Of a DNA stretch of 64,000 bases, positions 9,557-18,026 are shown piece after piece. Numbering within the stretch: the stretch's first letter is position 1; every line of letters starts with the position of its first letter. This DNA comes from Gemmatimonas sp. (GTDB taxonomy: Bacteria > Gemmatimonadota > Gemmatimonadetes > Gemmatimonadales > Gemmatimonadaceae), in the NCBI GenBank assembly GCA_965279375.1, contig OZ257156.1:4864001-4928000 (forward strand), in the 5' to 3' direction. The notes below the pieces were generated by a model, which saw only the letters and a program-made list of their open reading frames with translations, was not told the origin of the DNA and made no database searches. Made by a program: the position numbers and the translations under genes.

Positions 9557-10690
9557 ATGCGAAATCCCGCCCATCGCTCCGCATCACTCGCCGTAGCCAC
9601 GCACAACGGCGACGGCAGCTTCGTCACCGCGTCCGCCCGCACGGCGGGACTACTCGGCGCGCTTGCGCTCATGAGCAGCGCACTCGCGCCCGAGGCTCAG
9701 GCACAGTCGGAGCGGAGAACGCTCAGCGGCTCGTCCGTGGCGATCTACAATCTCGTCGGCAATGTGTCCGTCGAGTCCGGGCGCGGATCGGACGTGGTGG
9801 TGGAGGTTACGCGCCGCGGCGGCGATGCGCGGGAGCTGCGCATCGAGACCGGAGAGATTGGCGGCCGACAGACGCTCCGGGTGGTCTACCCCGACGACGA
9901 CATCATCTATCCAGGCCGTCGCGATTCCTGGGGAAGCACCGAGGTCCAAGTGAATGACGACGGCACGTGGGGCGGCAAGCGTTGGCGCGGCGGCCGTCGC
10001 GTCCGCATTCGCTCGCGAGGCCGCGGCACGGAAGCGTGGGCCGATGTACGTATTCTCGTGCCCACGGGCAAGAGCGTGGCTGCGCACGTCGCCGTGGGCG
10101 AGCTCAATGCGGACGGAGTGGATGGCAACATCGCGCTCGAGAGTGGATCAGGACGTACCACGGCATCGAATGTTCGCGGATCGCTGTCCGTGGATGTTGG
10201 CTCTGGCGGCGTGACGGTGCGCGATTCGGATCTGAGTGATCTCTCGATCGACACCGGTTCTGGTGGCGTATCGCTCTCCGGCGTGGTCGCGAATCACTGC
10301 GTCATCGACACCGGCTCCGGCGGAGTGCAGGGTGACAACGCCGCGTGCGATGCGCTGGATATCGACGTGGGCTCGGGCGGCGTGCGCTTTCTCGACTCGC
10401 GCTCCTCAGCGGTGCGCATCGATGCCGGCAGCGGGACCGTGTCGATGACGCTGCGCAACTCGCCGCGTTCGGTGAACATCGAGTCGGGCTCGGGCGGTGT
10501 CCTGCTTGGCGTGCCCGGTTCGTTGAGCGCGGATATCGATATCGAAACCGGCAGCGGCGGCATCGAGACCGACTTCATGCTCCGCACGAATCGCGTTGAA
10601 CGCAATCACGTGCGCGGCGTAATCGGCGACGGAGCGGGCCGCATTCGCATCGAGACCGGCTCCGGTTCGGTGAAGCTGCGTCGCAACTAA
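9557..10690 (+). CDS. DUF4097 / adhesin-like beta-strand repeat protein, exported
   Basis: Signal-like AQA-Q, many (D/E)TGSGGV repeats. Start approximate. Confidence 0.8.
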   Translation: MRNPAHRSASLAVATHNGDGSFVTASARTAGLLGALALMSSALAPEAQAQSERRTLSGSSVAIYNLVGNVSVESGRGSDVVVEVTRRGGDARELRIETGEIGGRQTLRVVYPDDDIIYPGRRDSWGSTEVQVNDDGTWGGKRWRGGRRVRIRSRGRGTEAWADVRILVPTGKSVAAHVAVGELNADGVDGNIALESGSGRTTASNVRGSLSVDVGSGGVTVRDSDLSDLSIDTGSGGVSLSGVVANHCVIDTGSGGVQGDNAACDALDIDVGSGGVRFLDSRSSAVRIDAGSGTVSMTLRNSPRSVNIESGSGGVLLGVPGSLSADIDIETGSGGIETDFMLRTNRVERNHVRGVIGDGAGRIRIETGSGSVKLRRN

Positions 10691-10701
10691 CGCAGCGCGC
10701 G

Positions 10702-12036
10702 CTACTTCTTCTTCACTGTTGGCAGCACCGTGAGCGCGAACGGATCTGCGTTCGGATCCTCGTGCCACTCGTACTCGAGACTTTTCGCCAGCAACCGCGC
10801 GCGATCCTTGCCGTAGAGCTTGGCCACCATGCCGAGCGCCATGTCGGTACCAGCGGACACACCGGACGACGTCAGCAGCTTGCCGTCGTCCACCCAACGC
10901 GCCTTGGGCATCCACTGCACCGATGGGTCCTGCTCCATCGCCAGTGCAAAGTAGGCCTTGTTTGATGTCGCCTTGTGCCCAGCGAGAATTCCCGCCTTCG
11001 CCAGCAACGCTGAACCCGTGCACACCGACGTCGTCAGCTCGGTGCGCGCGTGCTGCGTGCGGAGATAATCGAGGAACGCCGCGTTCTTGAGCTCCGTGAA
11101 CGTACCCACACCGCCGGGCACCATCATCACATCGAGCGGCGGCGCATTCGCAAACGAGTACTCGGCAATGGTAGAGACTCCCTGTGCCGATTTGACCGGC
11201 CCCGCCTTCTCGGCCACGAGCACCACCTTGAACTCCGTCACGTACGACCACATCTCGATCGGCCCAAAGACATCGAGGACCTCGAACCCTGGGTAGAGCA
11301 CGATCCCCACGGTCTTCTTGGTGGAGGCACCTGGCGGCGACACAGCCGGCGTTGCGGCGCTCGCCGAGGTAGCCACCGTCTTGATGGCTGGATCGAGGGC
11401 TGCCTTGAGATACGCGGCGCGCCCGCCCGAAATGCTGGCGAGATACTCGTCTCGATTGGAGACGCCATCGCCATCAGCATCGCCATCGTATGCGAGATAC
11501 TTGCTGAGCGCGACAGCAAGCGTGTAGTCGCTCTTGAGTGGTGCACCGAACGTGCCCGACATCTCGTTGTACGCGGCGAACGATCCTTTGCCGAGCATGG
11601 CGTATCCGGCGCTCACGTCGGCGGCCGTCGGGTAGCGGCTGGCCAGCGACTGCATGTCGGTCGTAGCGGAAGCCCGCGCTTGCAGAAACGCCGCCCGCAC
11701 GAGTGCATGCGTGACGCCTCGCGATGCGCTCCGATCGAACGTCGGATTGGCGAGAATCGCTGAGACCAGCGCCAACTCATCGGCGTCGAGCATGCCGTTT
11801 GGCTTGCTGGTGACATCAAGGTTGGCGTCGGTGGTGTTGGGTGCAAAGCCCAGCCCTTTCATCGCGGCGTCGAAGTCCACGACGAGCGGAAGCGGCGGAT
11901 TGGCGCGTGGCTGCGACTGTGCCTGTACTGTGTCCGTCGCGCCGAGCATGATGGTCGCAGTAGCGGCGGTCAGTCTGGCAACCTTTGACAGTGACCGACG
12001 TGAAGTCCGACGTCGCGGCGCACGCGCCGCGATCAT
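10702..12036 (-). CDS. Exported DJ-1/PfpI (isonitrile hydratase-like) protein with an N-terminal Ca-binding-motif domain
   Basis: Arg-rich signal ending VQA-Q, PNGMLDADE and DGDADGDGVSNRDE loops. C-terminal VGIVLYPGFEVLDVFGP...VPGG...SVCTGS...SSGVSAG. ATGA overlap with the copC stop. Confidence 0.85.
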   Translation of the reverse strand: MIAARAPRRRTSRRSLSKVARLTAATATIMLGATDTVQAQSQPRANPPLPLVVDFDAAMKGLGFAPNTTDANLDVTSKPNGMLDADELALVSAILANPTFDRSASRGVTHALVRAAFLQARASATTDMQSLASRYPTAADVSAGYAMLGKGSFAAYNEMSGTFGAPLKSDYTLAVALSKYLAYDGDADGDGVSNRDEYLASISGGRAAYLKAALDPAIKTVATSASAATPAVSPPGASTKKTVGIVLYPGFEVLDVFGPIEMWSYVTEFKVVLVAEKAGPVKSAQGVSTIAEYSFANAPPLDVMMVPGGVGTFTELKNAAFLDYLRTQHARTELTTSVCTGSALLAKAGILAGHKATSNKAYFALAMEQDPSVQWMPKARWVDDGKLLTSSGVSAGTDMALGMVAKLYGKDRARLLAKSLEYEWHEDPNADPFALTVLPTVKKK

Positions 12037-12439
12037 TTGCCTGTCACCTTGAAGTCGATCGTGCCGTTGACGACATGGCCGTCCTTGGACATTGCCTTCC
12101 ACGTCACCTTGTAGGCGCCCGCCGCGAGCGGCTTGCTGATCGCGGCAGACAGTGGAGCGTCCTTGGCTTCAGCACGCGTCACCGGCGCCGTTGCAATGGC
12201 AACGCCTGCATCCGTCGCCAATGCGATCTTGGTTGCCGGTACTTCCGCGGCTCGGAGAGCCAGAGCTGAATCGCTTCGGGCGACTTGGCGAGCGTGGTGT
12301 CTGCCGACGGGAAGGATTTGAGCAGCCGCAGATGACGCATCGCGGCACTCGGTGCTGCAACGGCCGCGAGGGCAGCAGCAACGGAAACGACAGCGACAGT
12401 ACGACGAGCAGTGACGTTAGCGAGGGGGCGAGCGATCAT
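12033..12439 (-). pseudogene. copC: Copper-binding protein CopC split by a 1-nt frameshift near 12247 (true lesion or sequencing error)
   Basis: The N-terminal frame gives signal + HLRLLKSFPSADTTL...IQLWLSEP. The other frame continues EVPATKIAL...LAAGAYKVTWKAMSKDGHVVNG. Adding one base restores a 135 aa CopC. Confidence 0.85.
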
Positions 12440-13593
12440 CGGGCACTCCAGGGGTTTGAATGTTGGGGATTCGTGAGAAACGAGCTGTCGGTGAGTGAGC
12501 GAAGAAACGCCAGCATGTCCTGCACTTCGCGCGGTGTGAGACCCATGCGCTTCATGAATTCGCTGCGGTACGGATTGGTCGCGCCAACGCCGGCGTGCGG
12601 CCCTGTCCGAATGGAGCGGCCACCCGCGTTGTAATGCGCGATCACCTGTTCGAGCGTCGCAATGCTGCCGTCGTGCATGTACGGCGCCGTCACGGCCACG
12701 TTGCGCAGCGACGGGGCCTTGAAGCGACCCATGTCCTCGTCGATGCCGGTGATCTCATGCACGCCGGTGTTGGGTGCCGGATACGCGCCGGTTCCACCGA
12801 TGTTGTAGAGTGCCGTATTGTGAAATTCGATTTCGGCGAAGCCTTTGCCTTCGTAGTCCGAGGTGCCAGTGAAGTTGAAGCCACCGTGACAGTGGAAGCA
12901 CTCGGTCTTCTCGGAGAAGAAGAGTTCCTCACCGCGTCGCGCCGACGCACTGATCGCGTGCAACTGGCCCGCCTTGTAGCGATCGTACGGCGAGTTCCCT
13001 GACAGCAGCGTGCGCTCGAATGACGCGATCGCCTTCACGATCTGGTCGAGCGTGACTCGCGCCGTATCGTCAGGAAAGGCCGCGGCGAACATCGCCTGAT
13101 ACTTGGGCACCGCCGCGAGGCGAGCGAGCAGCTGCTTCTCCTGTCCGCTCAGCCCCATCTCCACCGGCGATTCGCCGAACATCGGCACGATCGCCTGCTG
13201 CTCGAGCGAACGCATGCCGGGGTTGGCCCACGTGAGCGCCGGAGTGTACGCCACGTTCGCCAACGACATGCTGCTGCGCGGGTGCACCTGCCCCGTCGAG
13301 CCCAACGAACCCGCTCGACCATCCGTGAACGCGAGACGCTGGATGTGACAGCTGCCGCAGCTGAACGTGCCGTTCCCCGAGAGTCGCGTGTCGTAGAACA
13401 GATGTCGGCCAAGCGTGACCTTCTCCGTCGTCATCGGATTCGATGCGGGCACCTTGGGCACCGGGAAACCCTTCGGGAGATCCCACGACCATGCGCGGCG
13501 CGGCGTCCACGCCGTGAAGCCGGCCAGCGCGCACGCGGCAACGATCAGCGACGCAGCGCCAACGGTGCGCAACGAACTCTGACGAATAGTCAC
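12436..13593 (-). CDS. mbnH: MbnH-like di-heme cytochrome c peroxidase (MauG family)
   Basis: Two CxxCH motifs (CGSCH, CFHCH), FKAPSLRNVAVTAPYMHDGS, EMG, adjacent to an mbnP-like gene. Confidence 0.88.
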   Translation of the reverse strand: MTIRQSSLRTVGAASLIVAACALAGFTAWTPRRAWSWDLPKGFPVPKVPASNPMTTEKVTLGRHLFYDTRLSGNGTFSCGSCHIQRLAFTDGRAGSLGSTGQVHPRSSMSLANVAYTPALTWANPGMRSLEQQAIVPMFGESPVEMGLSGQEKQLLARLAAVPKYQAMFAAAFPDDTARVTLDQIVKAIASFERTLLSGNSPYDRYKAGQLHAISASARRGEELFFSEKTECFHCHGGFNFTGTSDYEGKGFAEIEFHNTALYNIGGTGAYPAPNTGVHEITGIDEDMGRFKAPSLRNVAVTAPYMHDGSIATLEQVIAHYNAGGRSIRTGPHAGVGATNPYRSEFMKRMGLTPREVQDMLAFLRSLTDSSFLTNPQHSNPWSAR

Positions 13594-13605
13594 GATCGAG
13601 TCTGG

Positions 13606-14565
13606 CTACTTGCCGGCAGTGCCAACGCGCATCGCATCGCCGCGCTGCGCGCGGAAGAAGCGCGGAGTGTCCGCGCCGGTCGATGACGGATGCGGCAGAC
13701 CGAGCGACGCAAAGAGTCCGCCGCAGTCGCTGTCCGACTCGGCCGACATGCACCCCGCCGCCGTCTTTGGCTGATTCTTGCGCACGTCGCTTCGAGCGAG
13801 CAGTGCGGCCAGATCGGCGACGACCACATCACGCTTCGGGTCGAAGCCCGGAAGCGCAATCGTCGCGCGGTTCGGATGACCGCAGCTCTTGGGAGTCTTT
13901 GCCGTGGAGTCGGCAGTGACGCATCCGGTGCTGCCCAGATGAATCACCCACGGCGTGGGCGCCGAGTCAGCGGCGGTCGCGCGCATGTCCACACGCAGGA
14001 ACTTGTGCCCCGACTGCCACGCCCAGAACAGCTGCGACAACGACAGTGGCGGCGGTGCCTTGGCGAGATCTTCGTGATTGCGGGAGAACGGAACGCCGAG
14101 CGCGAAGGAGACGCCGCGGTAGTCGCCAGCGGGTGCCATCACAACGACGTAGTCACGCGTTTCAGGCGTGCCGTTCGCGCACGATCCAGTCGCGTTCTCG
14201 AAGTCCACGAGTGCGACATCCGCGTCCTGCCACGGCGCTTCTGCGCGCAGCGCGGCGCGCACGGTGTCCCCGCGCGACGAGACGAGCTTGATGTCGCTCA
14301 CGTAGAAGCGGAAATCACTGGCGGTCACACTGGCGCGCGATGTACCGATGCCGTCGTATTTGGTGCCGCAACGAAAGGCCGCGGTGTCCACCACGCCGCG
14401 GAAGCGCACGGTCAGGGGAACGAGCGAGTCGCTCGCGGCCCGCGACGGCCGCGGGCGCTCGGCGGCGGCGGAGTCGGTAGCGACCGCGCCTAGCAGCGAG
14501 AGCGTGATCGCGCCGATGGCGCACAAACCGGCGGGAGCGATGAGGCGGGACAAGCGTTGGGACAT
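13606..14565 (-). CDS. mbnP: MbnP-family periplasmic copper-binding protein
   Basis: DFRFYVSD, LVDFENATGSC, LGVPFSRNH, WxW motif FWAWQSGHKF, IHLGSTGC, GCMS, signal peptide. Confidence 0.88.
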   Translation of the reverse strand: MSQRLSRLIAPAGLCAIGAITLSLLGAVATDSAAAERPRPSRAASDSLVPLTVRFRGVVDTAAFRCGTKYDGIGTSRASVTASDFRFYVSDIKLVSSRGDTVRAALRAEAPWQDADVALVDFENATGSCANGTPETRDYVVVMAPAGDYRGVSFALGVPFSRNHEDLAKAPPPLSLSQLFWAWQSGHKFLRVDMRATAADSAPTPWVIHLGSTGCVTADSTAKTPKSCGHPNRATIALPGFDPKRDVVVADLAALLARSDVRKNQPKTAAGCMSAESDSDCGGLFASLGLPHPSSTGADTPRFFRAQRGDAMRVGTAGK

Positions 14566-14837
14566 GAGAGCTCCGGAGAGAATCGGAGGCCCCTCCACCG
14601 CGTCAGGCCCGACGCGATGGAGGCACAACCGGCTGGAGGCCTGAAGGCACCGGTTGCGTGCTGCTCCGAGGACAAGAACTGGAGAAGTGGAGACCGCGCG
14701 CGACACGGAGCACGCACAACAGCGCGCAAACACGCGCGCCAACGCGTGCGTTCGTGAACGCAGATGCTCAGCGTCGGATAGACGCTGCGCTTACCGGTCT
14801 GTGATGTGAGGTGTGGCCGACCTTGCGGCCACCGACG

Positions 14838-15338
14838 TCAGGTGCGAACGCTGACGGGAGGCGCGATGGCGAACGGGAGGACGAAGTCCACCCAGCGCGT
14901 AACGAGTGCAGGATGCTCTTGCGGCAACGACACTTGGCCGACGCGTTCCACGACCCGCAACACCACCGCAGCAGGCTGCTGCGGCATGGCGACAATTGCG
15001 CAGCAGTGGCCGAGACAATCGCACGGATGTGGCGCCGGCGATCGCTCGCCTTGGCCATCACTCGTTGTGGCAGGCGCCGTGTGCGCCATGTGCGCGTGAG
15101 GCGCACTCTCCTCGTGCACGCTCGCAGCATGCGCAGCGGACGTAAGCGCGCTTCCGTTCACGTCGATCGGCGATTCGGCGGGAGCACTCATGCCCTGCAT
15201 CGCGCCGTGCGCCATGCCGTGTTCCGCACCGTGGCCGCCAGACGGGCACGACAAAACCGCCGGGCGGGCAGCGATGAAGCTGCACCACACCAACGCCATG
15301 ACGGCCTGCATCAGCCAGGATTTGCGCAACCGCGACAT
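14838..15338 (-). CDS. His/Met/Cys-rich exported leader protein, DUF2946/CruR-like architecture
   Basis: N-terminal hydrophobic segment, HGAEHGMAHGAMQGM, HAHMAH, CDCLGHCC, C-terminal LPFAIAPP. Upstream of mbnP on the same strand. Confidence 0.7.
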   Translation of the reverse strand: MSRLRKSWLMQAVMALVWCSFIAARPAVLSCPSGGHGAEHGMAHGAMQGMSAPAESPIDVNGSALTSAAHAASVHEESAPHAHMAHTAPATTSDGQGERSPAPHPCDCLGHCCAIVAMPQQPAAVVLRVVERVGQVSLPQEHPALVTRWVDFVLPFAIAPPVSVRT

Positions 15339-15370
15339 GCGAATAGCCTACGGCAGGTGGGCCGCGCATG

Positions 15371-17029
15371 TCAAGCCGAGCAGAATCCCCTCGCAACCAG
15401 CAGTGCGCGCACTGGCTCCGCCGCCATGCTCTCCGCTGACTCGTGCCACCGATTGAACGACTCGGCGCGCGTTGCGCCGGCGTCGAGCAGTGCGGCAGTG
15501 ATCGACACATAGTCGTCCACGCGCGGATTGTTCGCATTGGTGGAACCGTGGGCCGTCCACGCGATCGGTGAGCTGCCGTAGTTGCTGTCCCGCTGATTCA
15601 CTGGTGCGCCGGCGGCGATCAGCTGCGCCACCAGCGCTACGCGTCCGTGCCACGCGGCCCAATGCAGCGGCGTGCCGCCCCACTCGCCGTCCTGATCGAG
15701 CGGCCAACCCAGCGCGAGCATCAGGGCCACGCTCGCATCGCGTCGCTCGTCGATCGCTACGCCCAACGCCTGCCGATCTTCGGCAGTCAGTTCCGACAAG
15801 ACTCGCGGATGCGCCGTCAGCACGGCGCGCGCCGACGCTTCATCGGCCACGGCACAGGCACCGAGCAACAGATCGACGGGCGCGAGGTCATCGACAACCG
15901 CGCCGTGCTGCTGCAAGTACGCCGCAGCGGCCCTATTGCCCGCGCGTACCGCCAACGCGTACGGCGTTCGTCCATCGCGTCGGCGAACCGTGATGTTTGC
16001 ACCGTGTGCGACGAGCAACGCGACGACCGATGCGTCGTACCCGGACGCAACCACCCGATGCAGCGGCACCTCGCCGGCGTACGATTTACCTGCGTGCGAG
16101 TTACCCTCGTCGGTCGCACCGGCATTCTCTCCAGCAACGAAGCTCCGCACGTTCGGATCGGCACCATGCGCGAGCAGCCACTCCATGCCGCGGAGTACGG
16201 ACGCACTGATCGGATTGGACGCACGATGCGTGGCCAGAAAGTAGAGCGGCGTGTTGCCGGACGCGCCGTGCCGTCCGCTCAGCTCCGCACCGAACTCACG
16301 CAGCGCCTCCAGACATTCGCGGTGATCGTGCTGCGCGGCGTGATACACGCTTTCGCCGTCGGTCGGGTTGGCGCCACGCTCGAGTAGGAGCCGAGTGAGT
16401 GGCTCATCGTTGGCGACGCAGGCAAAGTAGAGAATGGGAATGCGTGCCGTAGCATCGCCCAGCGGCACGGAAGCGTTCGCGCTCGCCCCTGCGTCCAGCA
16501 GCAACCGTACGCTCTCCAACCGTGCGCGAGGCGACACGTCCAACTGCGCGTGCAGCGCACACTGCATCGCATACACGATCGGCTCGGTGCCATCGGGCTC
16601 GGTGGGTCGCATTGCCGAGGACGGATCCGACGCGATCCAGTCGGCGAGCGCGTCGACATTTGCCGTCGCGGCCGCCGTGTGCACGTTCACGCCAGAGATC
16701 GCGGGGTACGCGGTCAGCAGCTCATGCGCCCGCGCGAACTGCTCATCGCGCACGGCCTTGAGAAAGAGCGCGGCGTTCACCCGCAGCGGATCCGCCGCTT
16801 CGACCGTGCGCACCAGCTCCTCCCACGAGCGAAGCCCGGCCTGTGTGGCCAGCGCACGCTGCGCATCCGCGATGGTGAGCGCCTCGCGCATCACGTCGTC
16901 GCTGGCGGAGACAAACTCCGGAAGCAGCCCGCGCAGTCGCTTGAGCAACACGGCATCGCCCTGTTGCGCCGCGCGCAGCAACTGCATCGACTGCGTCTGC
17001 AGTGCGGCGATCGAGAATCCATCCGCCAT
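15371..17029 (-). CDS. Ankyrin repeat protein with a small N-terminal helical domain
   Basis: LLERGANP, GNTPLY, GRTPY, GGTPLHWAAWHG repeats. GGAGGA RBS before the ATG at 17029. Confidence 0.9.
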   Translation of the reverse strand: MADGFSIAALQTQSMQLLRAAQQGDAVLLKRLRGLLPEFVSASDDVMREALTIADAQRALATQAGLRSWEELVRTVEAADPLRVNAALFLKAVRDEQFARAHELLTAYPAISGVNVHTAAATANVDALADWIASDPSSAMRPTEPDGTEPIVYAMQCALHAQLDVSPRARLESVRLLLDAGASANASVPLGDATARIPILYFACVANDEPLTRLLLERGANPTDGESVYHAAQHDHRECLEALREFGAELSGRHGASGNTPLYFLATHRASNPISASVLRGMEWLLAHGADPNVRSFVAGENAGATDEGNSHAGKSYAGEVPLHRVVASGYDASVVALLVAHGANITVRRRDGRTPYALAVRAGNRAAAAYLQQHGAVVDDLAPVDLLLGACAVADEASARAVLTAHPRVLSELTAEDRQALGVAIDERRDASVALMLALGWPLDQDGEWGGTPLHWAAWHGRVALVAQLIAAGAPVNQRDSNYGSSPIAWTAHGSTNANNPRVDDYVSITAALLDAGATRAESFNRWHESAESMAAEPVRALLVARGFCSA

Positions 17030-17174
17030 ACCATCCTCCATGTGGCGACCCGCGCCGACTCGTCGAATCGGGCACGGCCGCATCCCGCGCAATCATGTAC
17101 ACGCTGTCGTCGAAGTGCCAATGTAACGATCGGGCAAAGAAGCCGGACTGTCACTGCTGCCGCTTTTTGTGGAC

Positions 17175-17888
17175 ATGCAGAATGCCTCGATGATCCAGCC
17201 TGTTCCGACTGCAACCGGCAGCTACTCCGTGCTCGACGTGCTTGCCGACGTCGTGAAGTTCTGGCAGATCATCATCTTCGTCTTTGGTGCCTACCAGTTC
17301 TACGCCAATCGACGCGAACGACTCGCGGCGGACAAGGTGCGCGAAGCGCAGGAGCGGAAGGACTCCAACTTTCAGGCGTGGCAAGTCGTCAACAGCTCGC
17401 AGGGAAAAGGCGGCAGCGGCGGACGCATCGATGCGCTGGCGAACCTCGCCAGAAATGCGCAATCCCTGGCAGGAGTTAATGCCGACGGTGCGTGGCTCGT
17501 CGGTGTTGACCTGCGCGGTGCCGACCTCACGCATGCAAGCTTCAAGGACGCCAATCTGCAGGGTGCGCAATTGGCCGGCGCCAATCTTCGCCACGCGAAC
17601 CTCGAGGGCGCCAACCTGACGGCCGCTCAACTCGATGGTGCGTATCTGCAAGGCGCCCGAGTGGCTGGTGCTCGACTCTCGGCGGCGTCGCTTCTGTCGG
17701 CTGACCTCGCGGATCTCGTCGGGTGGCAGGAGATCGCGAGTCTAACCTACGCGCGTCTCCAACACGTGCAGCGTGCACCCGCCGGATTCCGGGCGTGGGC
17801 CGTCACTCAGGGCGCGGAGGACCAGTCGCCTAACGAGCCAACGGATGCGGACGGGCATGCCTTTTCGACGCAATTCCGCGCCATGTAG
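17175..17888 (+). CDS. Membrane-anchored pentapeptide repeat protein
   Basis: TM FWQIIIFVFGAYQF, A(D/N)LxG-type pentapeptide repeats. Start approximate. Confidence 0.85.
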   Translation: MQNASMIQPVPTATGSYSVLDVLADVVKFWQIIIFVFGAYQFYANRRERLAADKVREAQERKDSNFQAWQVVNSSQGKGGSGGRIDALANLARNAQSLAGVNADGAWLVGVDLRGADLTHASFKDANLQGAQLAGANLRHANLEGANLTAAQLDGAYLQGARVAGARLSAASLLSADLADLVGWQEIASLTYARLQHVQRAPAGFRAWAVTQGAEDQSPNEPTDADGHAFSTQFRAM

Positions 17889-18026
17889 CAACGCAGCCTG
17901 ACGGGCGAGGGCGTCGTCTGCCATAGGAGCCTCCGTCGGCTAGCGCGTGCGCCAGAGCGCACGCATATATCAGGGCCGATATCTCACCACTGTATCATCT
18001 GTAAAATCACCGACTGGAGCCTTTTG

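Noticed and set aside
9950..10680. Repeated GGCTCCGG/GGCAGCGG motifs as a DNA repeat array
   Set aside because: Explained by the TGSG protein repeats of the DUF4097 gene.
12240..12255. Programmed frameshift or phase variation in copC
   Set aside because: No slippery heptamer, homopolymer or short tandem repeat at the site.
12436..15338. Methanobactin biosynthetic cluster, with the Cys-rich ORF as MbnA precursor
   Set aside because: No mbnB/mbnC in the window, and the ORF is 166 aa with a hydrophobic N-terminus, unlike short MbnA peptides.
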